Part shown: piece after piece, positions 23,501 through 36,300 of the stretch
Numbering within the stretch: position 1 is the first letter of the stretch
Layout: each line of letters begins with the position of its first letter
Assembly (NCBI RefSeq): GCF_006345805.1
Contig: NC_043015.1
Location: 31,372,001-31,436,000 of the forward strand
Source of the DNA: Octopus sinensis
Lineage: Eukaryota
DNA: 64,000 nucleotides
Reading direction: 5' to 3'
Translations under genes and position numbers: made by a program
Notes under the pieces: model-generated
What the model saw: only the letters and a program-made list of their open reading frames with translations
The model's database searches: none
What the model was told of the DNA's origin: nothing

Positions 23501-26500
23501 CAACTGCATGTTAATATGATTTCCATGTCTCTCTCAGTGCCAGTGAAGTCAAGTGTGGTGCTGTAATTTCGCATACACTTTCTACAGCAATGTCTTTACA
23601 CTGATGCTGCTCTGTAAATGGAATGCTTCTGATTAAGAGTAACTTCCATCACTAATTAAGAAGTGTGAGTAGATTTAGTATCGGTTGCTAGTTTGATGTG
23701 ACTTTATCTACAGAGTTCATGACTGCTTTAGCATCAAGTTGACTGCTCTTACTCTGCTGACATCACCTTCACACTCAATCTAATTGATGGCAGAGGGATT
23801 GTTTGTACACTTGAGAAATCGGTGTTCTTTGATTTACTTATTACCTATCGTTCACTTTACCTCATGCCAACTTGCTGTGGCAGTTATGAAAGGCTATCGA
23901 GACCGAACACCCAGGAAAACTGACAAAAGGAGTCTTATTTCATCAGGACCATCCTCCAGTGCACAAGTACTTTGGGTTTCAATGGCTGCTGTGTGTGATT
24001 GGCTTTGAACTGGTTGATTCCCCTCTCCCCTCCCCCCATTCTCCTGATTTGCTCTGCCTGTCTATCACCTGTTCCCCAACATGAAAAAGCACTTGAGTGG
24101 TTCCTTCCTTACATTTTGTTGCCAAACTAACATTTCAGGCACTCTGTTAATTGTACTATCCTCCTGGTCTGTGTTCACTGACTCTTCTACAAATATATCA
24201 ATATTAGAGCTGCTTACTCTGTTTTTCTGTTCTCCGATGTCGTTTTGATAACCAAGGTAAATTATTAAGAGGAATCGATACCACTGTTCTTTAACCAAGC
24301 CCAGTAAGGCAGGACGTGAGTATTGGTTCAATGATTGTTGTAGTAGCATCCTTGTGCACTGTTATAAAACAAGAGATGCCTTAGAAATAACTAGACGTTT
24401 GAGGGACCAAATCATGGAAATGGTAGTAAAGCTAAGTAGAGAGAACTACCTTAGACGAGATGGGTTGAGTTTTCTGCCGGGATGTAGAGCTAATACCAAT
24501 TACTGCACTAAGAATTTCATCCTTATTAGACAAGCAAGTGTCTGTTATTTTACAGCTAAATGTAACACCATCTTACAAAAATATTTCCAGAAGATTTTAC
24601 TTGTGGTATTTTTTCATAATTTCAGATTCGTAAAGTTGTACTTGCTCTAGGAGACTATATGGAAGCACAATGTCATGCTTGTATAGGAGGTACAGATGTC
24701 CGTGATGACAAGATACGTCTCAACCAAGGTGTGCATATAATTGTAGGAACACCCGGCCGTGTTCAAGACATGATTACTCGGAACTTTTTAAGTAAGTATG
24801 TTGTGTTGTTTCATCTGCTCTTGATATAAAGTAATGGATCAGCTGTCAGTCATTTTGATAACAAAGGTGAAATATTAAGAGCAATCAATACCAGTTCTTT
24901 AACCGTGCCCAGTAAGGCAGGACAGGGGTACTGTCTTGATGATAGTTGTAGTAGCATACTCCTGCACTGTTATAAAGGCAGAAGAGATGCCTAAGAAATA
25001 ACTAGACATTTGAGGGACCAAATCATGGAAGTGACTGTAAAGCTAAACAGAAAGAACTACCTTAGATGAGATGGGCTGGGTATTCTGCCAGGATGTGGAA
25101 CTAGTACCATCTAAAATCCAATTACGAGATAATCTTTTAGCTACAAAGAATACACTTCATACTTGATGATTTGGAGGCCTTCAGCAGGCAAACAGGTTCT
25201 GTAATGTAGCTGCTTAAAAAAACTAGGAAGAAGCAAGGCTTTATTACATGCTCATCATTTTATGCTTTCCCACTGGACTAAGTTAATGGGTAAAAATCCC
25301 ATGTTTTGTAATAGTGTATTAAAATGGGCACATGTAGAGCTGCATGATTAAGAAGTTCATTTTGTAACCATGTGATTTCAGGTTCGATTCCTTTCTGGCA
25401 ACTTGGAGGAGGGTTTTTTTTTTTTTTTTTAACTATAGTCCTGGGGTAATGAAAGTCTTGCTAGACAGAAACTGAAAGACTGTTCTATGTCTGCATGCTT
25501 GTGTCTTCATCTTGACACACATGCTAGTTATTAAACGAACATCATCATCATCAATATAAGTAGTGGTGTTCATTTGTAATCTTCCATGAAGTCATGCTTA
25601 GCCATTGTGCTGTTCATGTTTGAAAGACCTGGAGAAATGTTACCTTGAAGCCAGATGCAGTTTAGCAGCAAGAAGAGCTGCCATCTGTAAAAATCCTACC
25701 TCAGAGAATTTCATCTGAACCATGCAATCATGGAAGACTGGGTGCTAAAACAATTTGTCATTGATCTAGGGTCTCGCCTGATGTTAGTGAATGTGGAGGC
25801 TATCATAAAAATGACAAATATCCATCTGGAACTCAACAGCATTTGTGTGAGCTGCAGTGTTGTGACGAATAGCATTTTGTGGTTACAAGCACTGATTTTA
25901 ATATTTTCCTTCAAAGGAATTGTTGGTGAGATATGTTTCTTTTTGCCATATACAGCTCACTGAATGGTTGTATATCTTGGGTACTACTATTTCCTTATTT
26001 TATTTAATTTCATCTTCTGTAATTTATTTTATTTTATATGTAATGTCGACTGAATTGCAGAATTCAGTTTTGTCTTGTGATTTGACCACAATCTGGTTTC
26101 TTTGTCTAGTCAGTAAACTTAAACCATTGGCTTTCATTTGATAAAGCTGTTGAAAAATTTATATTTATGAATGTATTTCACATGTGGTCAGTAGCTTAGG
26201 CAATAATGGAATTGTACCAATTTTAACTTGTTTGTTTGTAAGGCTTTTATAACTGAGTTGGTGGTAGCAGTGAGAGGCAGAAAGACTATTATTTGTCTTA
26301 GCAATTTTGTAAATTAAAAAATATTTTTAAATTCTTTTATTTCAGAAACTGATAAAATCAAGTTATTTGTATTGGATGAAGCTGATGAGATGTTGTCTCG
26401 TGGTTTTAAAGATCAAATCTATAGTGTGTTCCGCTGTATGCCTGAGAACATTCAGGTAATATCACCCTTTGAAGTTTTGTCGTGTGATTTCGGTGAATAT

Positions 26501-29500
26501 GACAACTGTTGCATGTTATTTAGCCCTAGACCAGCAAACTTCTAACCAGTCATTGCTTTCTCTTTGCTTATCTTCCTTTATGTAAAGTAGACGATATAGT
26601 TTGAGGGAGAACTTAGGTGCTATTTCTACCTAGTGCAGTGGTTTTTAACTAGAGTCCATTTAAGATTTTGTTAAAGTTTGATAAATAAATGGGTTATATT
26701 TCTACAATATGCAGAATATTTTAATTTTTCATAGACAATTCCTAGTAATATTTAATTATAAAAGTATGTTTTTTTAACATGGGGGTTTAGTAGGGTAAAA
26801 TAGGAATCAGTGGGGTCCACAGGCAAAACATTGAGAATCCCTGAGCTAGTGGATTGAATGATCATATAAAACCTTCATGGATTTACCTATTGGGGTTTGA
26901 AGTAGAAGTAAAAGTAATTTAAGTCTTGAAGTTATTGAAACAAATCAATTTAAGGGCTGGTATTGCTAAAATTCATTAGTGGTGGTAATGTTAGGACATC
27001 CTTTACCTAATGCAAGGTAAAAAGAAGAATAAAAAAGGACTTAAAAACTTTGTCAGCGGAGTAAATGGAGTTCTCCTTAAGGGAATCGGAGGATTAAGCA
27101 TTAACACTTGAGCATTCTAATTAGTTTGTCAAATTATCAGGTAGCTGTGAGAGGCCAAACTCCCCTAGTTTGAGCACCAAACTGGTAGGATATTTTGGTC
27201 AGATATGGCTGGGTTAAAATCTAAAGAGTTAATGAATTCCTTAAGTGTTAAATGTGTTGGTCAGAACAGTTTGGCCTGGACAGAGTCGTTACTTTGTAGT
27301 AAGTGTTGTTTGTAGATTAACAGGTTACATTCTATGCTCCTGGTGGGGTCATTAATTGATAGCTCTGTTGTCCAAGCTGGCATGGGTTGGATGGTTTGAT
27401 TGGGCTGGCACACTGGAAGGCTGCACCAGACTCCAGTCTGATTTGGTGTGGTTTCTATGGCTGGATGCCCTTCCCAATGCTAACCACCCGAGAGTAATGG
27501 GTGTTTTTATGTGCCATTTGTGTGACACGGGATGTGTTTATGTGCCACCGTCATGAGTTTTGATTTGCATGACAACAGTATCTGCCACAACTGATTTTGC
27601 TCAGCTTGATGGGTCTTCTCAAGCATAACATAATGCCAAAGTTCTTGGTCATTGCCTCCTTGAGGCCCAATGCTCAAAAGGAACTCAGCCACCTTACCTC
27701 CATGAGGCCTGACACTCAAAAGAAGAGCATGAAAAGCCATTCTTGATTTGTCTGATTGTATGGATACAGAATATTCATTTATTTGAAGCTAAAGTATCCT
27801 TTGTTACTTCTCCACATTTCATGCTTGAAATTTTCAGTTGAAACTCAGGTTCTGTGAAATGGTAAACTCTTTATTTACATGCACACATATCCTTTTTTTC
27901 TTTAAATGTTCTCACAGGGGTCAGTGTAAGCATGCTGTTTTCTTAAGCAGATTTTTCATTAGGTTTCCTTGTTGCTCACTGATAATCAAATTTACAGTAG
28001 TGAGACTTTTTTTTATATATTTTATGATTTTGCTCCACCAGCAAAACTATTTGAATAGTGTGGAATTTGAGTGCAGTTCATGCATGTAGTAGTAGTGGTA
28101 GAATGTATTCTGAAATGCAGTTCATTATTTGGATATGCCTTTCTTGAATTGATATGAAGAGTTCACTTGTACTCTATACAAAGAAAACCTTTTTCCATCA
28201 GGAGAGAAGACAGTGTCCGTGACTCTCTACAGTTTCTGAGACTAGTGGGAAGGAAGGAGAGGTTACCCTCAAACTGGATACCAGATCCAAATGCTTGCAA
28301 CCAAGTGGACTGACCCATGAGCATTTAAACCGGCCATATTCAGCCCAAATATTTTGTTTTTATGTTCAAACTGGCCAGATCCAGTCTCTCACACCCACCC
28401 TGCAATCATTCTAGAAATAAACAACTGCATCTTTTGAAATCTCAAAGCTACAAATTTAATACAGGATCAATTTTATAAAATGTGAATGCTAAAAGGTTGA
28501 TAAAAGCCAAGCGGCAGTAAAAGCGAAGTTGATTTTTTTAATTTGGACTTTGAGTACCAAGTGTCATTGCAAATACAGTGAGACATTCTCTGATGTTCTT
28601 ACCTGTATTTTGCAAATTGCTCATTTGCCCCAAAATTAAATGTAGAAAAAATTTTCAGTTAGGGATGAAATCTCGTCAAATGTTGACAATCTTTGAACTG
28701 TTTTTTGTTCTGCTTTTCTTCAGGTACTTTTGTTATCAGCCACCATGCCTAAAGATGTCTTAGATGTCACAAAACAATTTATGAGAGATCCTGTAAAAAT
28801 TCTTGTGAAAAAGGAGGAACTTACTCTTGAAGGCATCAAACAATTTTACATTCAAGTAGAACGTGAAGTAAGTGGTTTACTAAATTGATCAAAATGACTA
28901 TTTTCATTGGAGAAACATAAAGCTGATGGGCTATTTTGTTAGCATTATTTTCTCTTTTTTTTTTTTTTGAAAAACACTGCTTTTATTTCAGTTATTTTGA
29001 AAATTAAGAATTTAATTAAAATTACTTTGTCCTTATTAAGCTGGTGCTTGGAATATATATATTAAATTTTGATTGATTTAAAATGTTGGTCATGAATGGC
29101 AAGTACTTGGGTAATCCTGTTCAATGATTTGAACTCTTCTGTATTAGAGCCATGCATTCATATGGAATATTGCTGGGGTAGAAGTTGAAGTTGTCTTTAT
29201 AGAATTTAAATCAAATGTAGTTATTTTGATGTTGCTAGCGTTATATTTACTATGTTTGTTGTTTTCTTTCTCTAGGTGTGGAAGTTGGATACTTTATCAG
29301 ATCTGTATGAGACCCTGACCATCACCCAGGCTGTCATATTCTGTAACACACGCAGAAAGGTTGACTGGTTGACTACCAAAATGTTGGAAAGAGATTTCAC
29401 TGTCTCTGCTATGGTATGTAATAGATTTATAGATTTCTGTGGGGAAGAAAAGGGTGGTTTCCTCTGATGACTGCTAATTGCATTGAAAATATTTTAGTGT

Positions 29501-31768
29501 CTTGGAACCTTTCATTCTCTGAGGCTTTTGAGGGTTCTATCGTTATTCAGATGTAGTTTTGTGTGTGTGTGTATAATTTTTTCATTATTGTACTAACAGA
29601 TGTTAATATATGATATACTTTTCAAGGCATGGTGATGGTAGGCAGCAAGTTGGCAGAATTGTTAGCATGCTTAGTGGTATTTCATCTGTCCTTGCTTCCT
29701 GAGTTCAAATTCTACTGAGGTTGACTTCACCTTTCAGGCTTGATAAAATAAGTACCATTTGAACACTGAGTTCAGTGATATTGACTTAACTACTCCTGGG
29801 TAGGAGTATAAAAACTGCATCCCCCTACCAAACCACATTGAGCCAGTGTGACAGAGTAGGCTCATCAAATGAGTATGACTCGAGTTCAAATTCATGGCCT
29901 CCACATCAGACCATGGTTGGTATAGAGAACGTACTGAGGCCCTCATCCTGCAGTGGACTGAGCATGTGCAATCCAATGATGATGGTAGTGATTCAAATTC
30001 TTTTTTTTAAAGGTGGGGTTGGGTACGATTTGGAGGTGGATTGATTGATATAATTATGAGGGTTGATTGAAAAGGTTACATGCTGATCAAGATAATCTCA
30101 CAGAATATGACCAATTGAGGTTTATTTTTTCAACATAGTTGTCCTCGTGGTCTACATACTTCTCTCAGTGTTGCAGGGCTTGAATCTCATTGTTGAAGCT
30201 TTCATCATGTTAGGCAAAAAAAGAAAATCACCAACAGCAGACGTGATGCCATCTTCACTGTGATGCTGGTTCCCAGTCAAGTGCTTTTTTTATGTTCAGA
30301 AACAGATTGTAGTCAGACGGGGCCAAATCATAAGAATATGGGGGATGATTATCAACTTCAAAGTCATAGTCACGCACAGCAACCATTAAAGTCAAGGACT
30401 TGTGTGCATTGTCCTAATGAAGCAAGACCCCTTTCATCAGTTTTTCTGGGCATTTGGTCTTGATATCCTTTCATAACTGCCTAAGCAGTTATGGCATAAT
30501 ACTCTCCTTTGATGGTGTGGCCCTTTTGAAAATAGTCAATAAATAATATCTTTAGCATCTCCCAAAACTGAAACTATCCCCGTCCCTGCAGATGAAATGA
30601 CTTCTGACTCCTTGCATAGATTGTCTCTTTGTCTTTGGCTTAAAGTGATGAAGCCAACTCATAGGTTTGGAGTTGTTCAAAGAAACCAGTAGGATCTGCC
30701 TCAAATAATGTCGGGTTTCCCTGTGATGTGATCAGCCTGGCGTGCTTTTCATTGGGTGTCAGATGTGTCACAAGACAAGTTACTAATTACTTTTGAAAAG
30801 TATTACTTGAACAGTTAGATGTCAGATTCCCAGGAAAGAAACGGTGCAGTTAAGAAGAGTTGAAATTAATGCATAGCATCCACTCCTTCATAGCCTATGA
30901 ATTTTTTTAGCCCACCCAGAGACCCCATTCTTGTGTTCTCATTTACACTTGATTGCAACCTTATCAGTGGCACACTTTCTCCATCCCATTCTATTGTCTG
31001 GTCTCTCTAATGTTTGTGATTTTTTTTTTTTTTTTTTTTTTTTTTGCCTAAATTTCATTAAATGCAACAGGAGTATCCTTGATTTTCTCCTTTAATTTAT
31101 CTAAACTGGTTGATTTCTTGAATCATTGGCTATTCTGAACAAAGAATTTATATCTTTCCAGCATGGCGATATGGAGCAAAAGGAGAGAGACATCATTATG
31201 AAGGAGTTCCGTACAGGTTCCAGCCGTGTTCTTATTACCACAGATTTATTAGCTCGTGGAATAGATGTGCAACAAGTATCTCTGGTTATCAATTATGATT
31301 TACCTTCGAATAGAGAAAATTATATCCATCGGTGAGTGGAGTTTCATTATTTCATTATCAATTTTGTTTATTTTTATGATGCTTTTCTGTTTTTTTATTG
31401 CTAAATACATGCTTTTGAAGCTGAAGGTTCTTGCTTCCATAATTCTATTGTAGTGCTCCACTTTAAATTGCTCGTTCAAAATAAGTTTGCATCAACACAA
31501 AATTAAAAATAGTAATTAAAGTTTTTTAAGTTTCATAGACAATGCATGTGCTTATCACTTAATTGTTATTAAAGTGGTGGTTAGTAAAAACTTGTTTTTT
31601 TTTTTTCCCCAATATCTTTTCAGTATTGGCAGGGGTGGTCGATTTGGTCGTAAAGGAGTTGCTATCAACTTCGTAACTGAGGACGATATTCGGACTCTTC
31701 GAGACATCGAACATTTTTATAACACTGCAGTTGCTGAAATGCCTATGAATGTTGCTGACCTCATCTAA
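11223..31768 (+). CDS. EIF4A: Eukaryotic initiation factor 4A (DEAD-box helicase), spliced; exons 11223-11227, 13326-13386, 17979-18111, 21211-21350, 24626-24791, 26346-26455, 28724-28867, 29276-29413, 31162-31331, 31624-31768 (1212 nt, 403 aa)
   Basis: The joined frame contains the Q motif ([10 protein letters not shown]), [34 protein letters not shown] and [10 protein letters not shown], and ends MPMNVADLI* as in eIF4A1/2. All introns are GT-AG and phase-compatible. The first micro-exon is the least certain part. Confidence 0.96.
13326..13386 (+). CDS. EIF4A: eIF4A exon 2 ([20 protein letters not shown])
   Basis: Acceptor ttttcag and donor gtatgt. Joining to the next exon gives IE|SNW, the conserved eIF4A N-terminal junction. 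Confidence 0.85.
17342..17710 (+). mobile_element. Non-autonomous Helitron
   Basis: 5' TC(TC)nTATATATA start, 3' GC-rich hairpin (cccgg-taacg-ccggg) ending CTAG, inserted between host A and T. Confidence 0.8.
17979..18111 (+). CDS. EIF4A: eIF4A exon 3 ([12 protein letters not shown]...PCIRG)
   Basis: ttttgcag acceptor, gtaagt donor, Q motif. Confidence 0.96.
21211..21350 (+). CDS. EIF4A: eIF4A exon 4 (motifs I, Ia)
   Basis: [14 protein letters not shown]...PTRELAQQ; AG/GT boundaries. Confidence 0.96.
22281..22470. mobile_element. piggyBac-like MITE
   Basis: TTAA|CCCTTTTG...CAAAAGGG|TTAA. Confidence 0.7.
23850..24100 (+). mobile_element. mariner transposase remnant
   Basis: Frameshifted [13 protein letters not shown]...GFELVD...HSPDL...[11 protein letters not shown]. 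Confidence 0.8.
24626..24791 (+). CDS. EIF4A: eIF4A exon 5 ([12 protein letters not shown]...[15 protein letters not shown])
   Basis: Translated by hand (not in the ORF track); ttcag acceptor, gtaagt donor; GG and Ib motifs. Confidence 0.95.
26346..26455 (+). CDS. EIF4A: eIF4A exon 6 (DEAD box)
   Basis: [22 protein letters not shown]; ttcag acceptor, gtaat donor. Confidence 0.96.
26636..26843. mobile_element. Degenerate hAT (Charlie-like) MITE
   Basis: CAGTGGTTTTTAAC...GAGAATCCCTG termini; 8-bp TSD acctagtg/agctagtg. Confidence 0.6.
28724..28867 (+). CDS. EIF4A: eIF4A exon 7 (SAT motif)
   Basis: VLLLSATMP...[18 protein letters not shown]; AG/GT boundaries. Confidence 0.96.
29276..29413 (+). 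CDS. EIF4A: eIF4A exon 8
   Basis: [31 protein letters not shown]...DFTVSAM; donor gtatgt. Confidence 0.96.
30110..30880 (-). mobile_element. mariner transposase remnant (same family as 23850)
   Basis: Minus strand reads [14 protein letters not shown]..., [17 protein letters not shown] and [19 protein letters not shown]. Confidence 0.8.
31162..31331 (+). CDS. EIF4A: eIF4A exon 9 (motif V)
   Basis: [10 protein letters not shown]...[28 protein letters not shown]; donor gtgagt. Confidence 0.96.
31624..31768 (+). CDS. EIF4A: eIF4A terminal exon (motif VI to stop)
   Basis: [16 protein letters not shown]...[12 protein letters not shown]. Confidence 0.96.
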
Positions 31769-33390
31769 ATTTATTTTGGAGCAACCCTGTTTAATCTTGG
31801 AAGACAATCATTGTCTCTGCAGATCATGAACTTCCTACAGCTTTTCCAAAGAAATTCTCTTCCAAAGAAAAGAAAGAAAAAAAGATTAAAAGAAAAAGAA
31901 AAAAAAATCCCTTGGTTGTCTTACTGACTTGTTCTATGTTTTTTGTTAGCATAGTAAAACTATAATAAATTTCTCATTGTGTATGGGCATATATATATAT
32001 GTAGATATACATATATATATATGACTTTTTTTTTCTTTCTTAATTATACATAGCTGTTAAGTTCATAGGTATTGTATATAATACTTTATAACACAAACCA
32101 TATCAAAATTCATTTGTCCTGTTCTGACTAGTCATTGTTATTTAAAAGAAAAAAAAAATGTGTTTTTGGTGAAAAATCTTTACTATATTTACTAAGTTTA
32201 AGTTACTTAATCCTTTATGTATAAAGAAAAAGTGAAAGGAATGGAAAATGAATTAATAAAAATGGGTCTTATTTTAAATGGCTGTCCTAACAGTTAATTC
32301 TCCACTCTTGCGTTCCGGTAACATTCCATAATTGATCAAGCAGTCATTAAGAAGTTTAGTTATATTATTAAATGTTTACTGTTTCAAATGTTGTTCTTTT
32401 CTGCATATGAACTAAATGTTATTTTTATGCTTGATTTTAAAAATGGATCTTCCAGAATGAGGATGATGGAAATAATCTGAAAATGAAATGTTTCTCTATT
32501 TTCTGTTTTCCATCCTTCATAGCATCTCTAACTAATATTTTACTGCTACTATATAGTATATACAAAATGTGAGGTTCAAGTTTTTTTTGTTGTTTTTTTT
32601 TTTGTCAGCAGGGATGATGATGATAATGATGACAAATGGGGGTGATGAGGATGATGAATATGTCCAGCTATATTTTAGATCATACGGTAGTTTTTACCTT
32701 AACAAGCTGGCTGGTTGTTCATGTGGTATTAAAATAGTTTTTTAAAAAATTTCTCCTTCAGTTCTATATTGTACATTTTTATTCAGTCAAAAGGTTTTTT
32801 TTTTTTCTCCCTTGTAATTTAAATTTATTAAGTTAAAATAGATATTAAAAAAGAAAAAAAAGGCCTAAGTTTGGTTAAGTAGTCAGCATTGCAGGCCAGC
32901 AAGGATTGCTTTTTGTTTTCCAGTTCCTATCAGATGCAGTTTGGAAACTAAACCAAGATATATATTCCTCTCCTGCAGCTGTTTTACCATCTCATTTTTT
33001 TAGTGGTTGTGTATTAAGGTCTCTTCACCATTTTTGTCATTGAAGTTTTATGCTGCTTGTTTCTGCAGATCTGCAAGAAAAACTAGTTAGCATTTTTGAG
33101 CCAACCTCAAATGTGCTTTGTTGGTGTTTCCTCTTTAACATTGACCAAAGACATGGCTGTGGTTTCAATTCTCTTATTATTGCTCTCCTAAGTGGTGACA
33201 GACTTTATTACTCTATTGACTCCTCCTTGCTGCAGATTGATGGATATTTTGGAAACAACAGTTGTATGTCTGTATTCTCTGAATCATGGAATTACAAGAG
33301 AATACAGAAATGTTTCATACTCTTGGTTTTGTCCATTGTTGAAATAAAAAGATTATATTCTGTTTTGACTAATTCATTCAATAAAAGAAA
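31769..33390 (+). other. Probable eIF4A 3' UTR with several candidate poly(A) signals
   Basis: AATAAA at 31964, 32255, near 33343 and near 33380. The stretch is U-rich and lacks the SINE/MITE copies seen elsewhere. Confidence 0.45.
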
Positions 33391-36300
33391 AAAAGAGAAG
33401 GGGTAATTTAATTTTTTTGACTTGTTTATTTGCATTTTTTAAAACTTTAAGTTCTCGTGGTGTTCCGCCGCCAAAGGTCATTTAAAAGTGTAAAAAAATA
33501 TAAAAGCAAAAAAAGGTACCAGCTGCATACTGGGGTCAATTTAACTATCTACCTTACTTGATTTTCAGATCTTGACTGGGTTATTCTAAGCTTTTATTTG
33601 GGATGAGGAATATCCCTATAGTTCATACTAGCCACCTGTAAGGATATTGGAAATGATATCAATGGCTTTTTTTTTTTTTTGTTTTAAAAAAACATTCTTC
33701 AGATTATGTGATGGTGATTCTAAATTATGCACATCATAGGAGATATGTTACCAATGTCAGATTTGAAGATTCAATCTTTTTCTTTTTGCAGAAAGGTTCT
33801 CTTTGAGTTTTTGAGAGGTGTTATGAAGCTTAAATATAGATGGCATTTGTAACATATTTTGTGATTTTTATGTAGCTGATGTGTTGGTAAATTTTGCTGC
33901 ATCTAGAATTTACAACAGTAAGTAAAATATATTTACATTTATGTGAAAATGGTATTTGAAATAATTTGAGAAATCGTTCTTATGTACTAAACAATTACTA
34001 AGGTTTGTGCGTATATGTATAGATATATAACAATCTTTATAGTTGATGAATGTGTACCTATCCCACCCCTGACGATAAAGGAAAAATCCTTTGTGTCTGA
34101 GCTTGTGTAATGGACTGGGTTACTGTTGTGTAAATCCAAATGCAACCATCTATAGGTGGGGTGAACAAACATTTAATTTTTAATGACATTCATAAGCAAA
34201 TGGTGCCTCTAATCCGTCAGTTGATTAACAAATTCAAGGAAAATAGCAATATTGATATGCTACATAAAATTTATTGGATGGTCATGGCTGGGTTGGGACA
34301 CTCGTCATAGATCTTGTTACATGAGAAATAGACATTTTTTAACATAAGTTTTTAGTACTAGTAGGGATTTCACTAAAATATTGTAAATCTGAAATATTCT
34401 TAATATTTTGAAGAATGTGTGACCTATTACATTTCAGGTGCCCTGTGTATAAAAATTCTTAACGTTAGGGTATTGTTTATCAATGATTTCACAATATTTT
34501 ACCTGTTAACTACTTTTAATCTGATCTCTATATGGTCAGCAATTCAACAGTAGTCATTTATTAGCAAGCTATTTTTATGCTGTGCTGGGGAAACCAAATC
34601 CATTTGCTTCTTGCAAGATGTTGCTCAGACATAACTAATGGTAACTAAGTATGAAACTGTTAAACTTCAATCAGTTATTTTGAAAACTTGCAAACTTAAG
34701 TCTATAATCTTGAAGTCCCACTCATGAAATATACTGGCCTTGTGCCAAAATTTGGAATCCTCTTTATTACAGGTTCTGAGTTCTATAGAAAATCTGTAGA
34801 GAGGCTAAAAATTATTACTATTATCGGGTCTATAAGGGTGGAACAGATGGTAGCATGTTGAGCAGTAATTAATTTTGTATAATGACCAAGTTCAAATCCT
34901 GTAGGTCAGCTTTGACATTGCATTTTATTTCTGTTGGTCTGCAGGAAATATTTAGTATATTCCATTCAATAGAGTAATGTATATCTACACATCATCGGTG
35001 TGTAGGTACAGATATGTAATAGAAATTTATAAAACATCAAGGGGCTTGCCAAAACTCCAGAACATAAAAGATGAGACAGTTAGCATATAGGGTAAATAAA
35101 ATTCATCAGTTCAGTATTTCTATGCATATTTAGAACCATTGAGATAATGTTTTGAGTTTCATTGATAATGACTTATTTTTATTTACATATTAATGGTATA
35201 TTTCAATTAAAATACTTCAGTAATTATTGAGGCTCGATGCAAATTATGGCACCTGGATTACTGACTTCACTAGCAATTTAAGATAGTTGTTTTGTTCTTT
35301 GGATTCCTGAGCAGTTATATGGTGCTAAGTTTAATACTTTATCACCGTAGGCAAGTGCCTGCTACATCCTAAGCTTTTTGACTGAAATTGAGTAGTTGGA
35401 AGTTGGTAAAATTTAATCCTGGTTAAATCTTTCTGCTACCTACCCACCTGAAACTGCTTTTGATTTGATGGTTTCAATGCTAGCATGGAAAATGGACGTT
35501 AAACGATGATGATTGTTGCTATTATGTTGAACTGTTATATGGCCAAATGCATGTTTTTCAATATTTTTACTTGCAATAGTCCGTTCTTTTGGTCAATTGA
35601 AGGTTCCAAATGCTGATTTTAGTAAAGCAACTGACTGAAAATTGTAATGACATAGGATATTTCATTACAAATATGATAGTGACAGGGTAAACCATCTGGT
35701 ACCTTTTAGCAAGTCTTTGCTGTTGCTGCAGACAAGGCATTGTGTGGTTAAGAAGCTTACTTGGCAACCACAGGGCTTTGGGTTCTGTCCTGCTGCGTGG
35801 CGTTTTAGGCAAGTGAATTTGGTAGACAGGAAATGTATAGAAGCTTGTATCTATGGGGTGTGTGTGTGTTCCTACCGCTTGACGACTTGTTTGTTTATAT
35901 CCTTGTAAGTTGGTGGTTTGGCAGAGTAGACTGATAGAATAAGTACCAAAATTTAAAAAGTACTGAGGTTGATGTCTAAATTCTGCAAAGCAGTTTCCCC
36001 TGGGGCCAATATCCAAAGACTGAAAGTGAATGTTGTAAATAATCATTTTGAGTCCAAAATCTCACTATCCGTATTTGTTTGGAATAATCGGATTGTGACT
36101 CTTCGGTAGTTTGAAGGGAATTTGTGTCCCATCTTCCTATGATGGAAAAAAAAATTATATCAACGTTTGGAATTGATGGGTTGTGGCTCTTCCAATAGTT
36201 TCAAAGGGAATGAGTGTTCCTTTTGTGACTGAAAACAAAAAATCTTTATGGATTTCAGATGTCAAGCAAATGGAAATGAATTGAAGTGAGCCAATGATGA

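Noticed and set aside
24285-24500. Twister- or HDV-like ribozyme reading of the twin element
   Set aside because: CCAAGCCC is not conserved in copy B, and the P2-P3-P1 spacing does not fit an HDV fold.
25755-25822. Strong hairpin with a 10-nt match to an 18S-like GAGACUCUAG segment
   Set aside because: No H or ACA box at the right spacing and no uridine at the target position.
29464-29524. C/D-like CTGATGA...CTGA, with an upstream element resembling an 18S Am guide (CTTTCATTCT)
   Set aside because: Only a 2-bp terminal stem, a non-purine before the C box, and an A-C mismatch within the putative guide duplex.
22546-31444. Shared 13-mer TGCTTCCATAATT in introns 4 and 9
   Set aside because: A 13-mer match is expected many times by chance in 64 kb of AT-rich DNA.
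31332-31623. Possible EIF4A2-type poison exon in the last intron
   Set aside because: The intron is only 292 nt and I found no convincing internal acceptor/donor pair.
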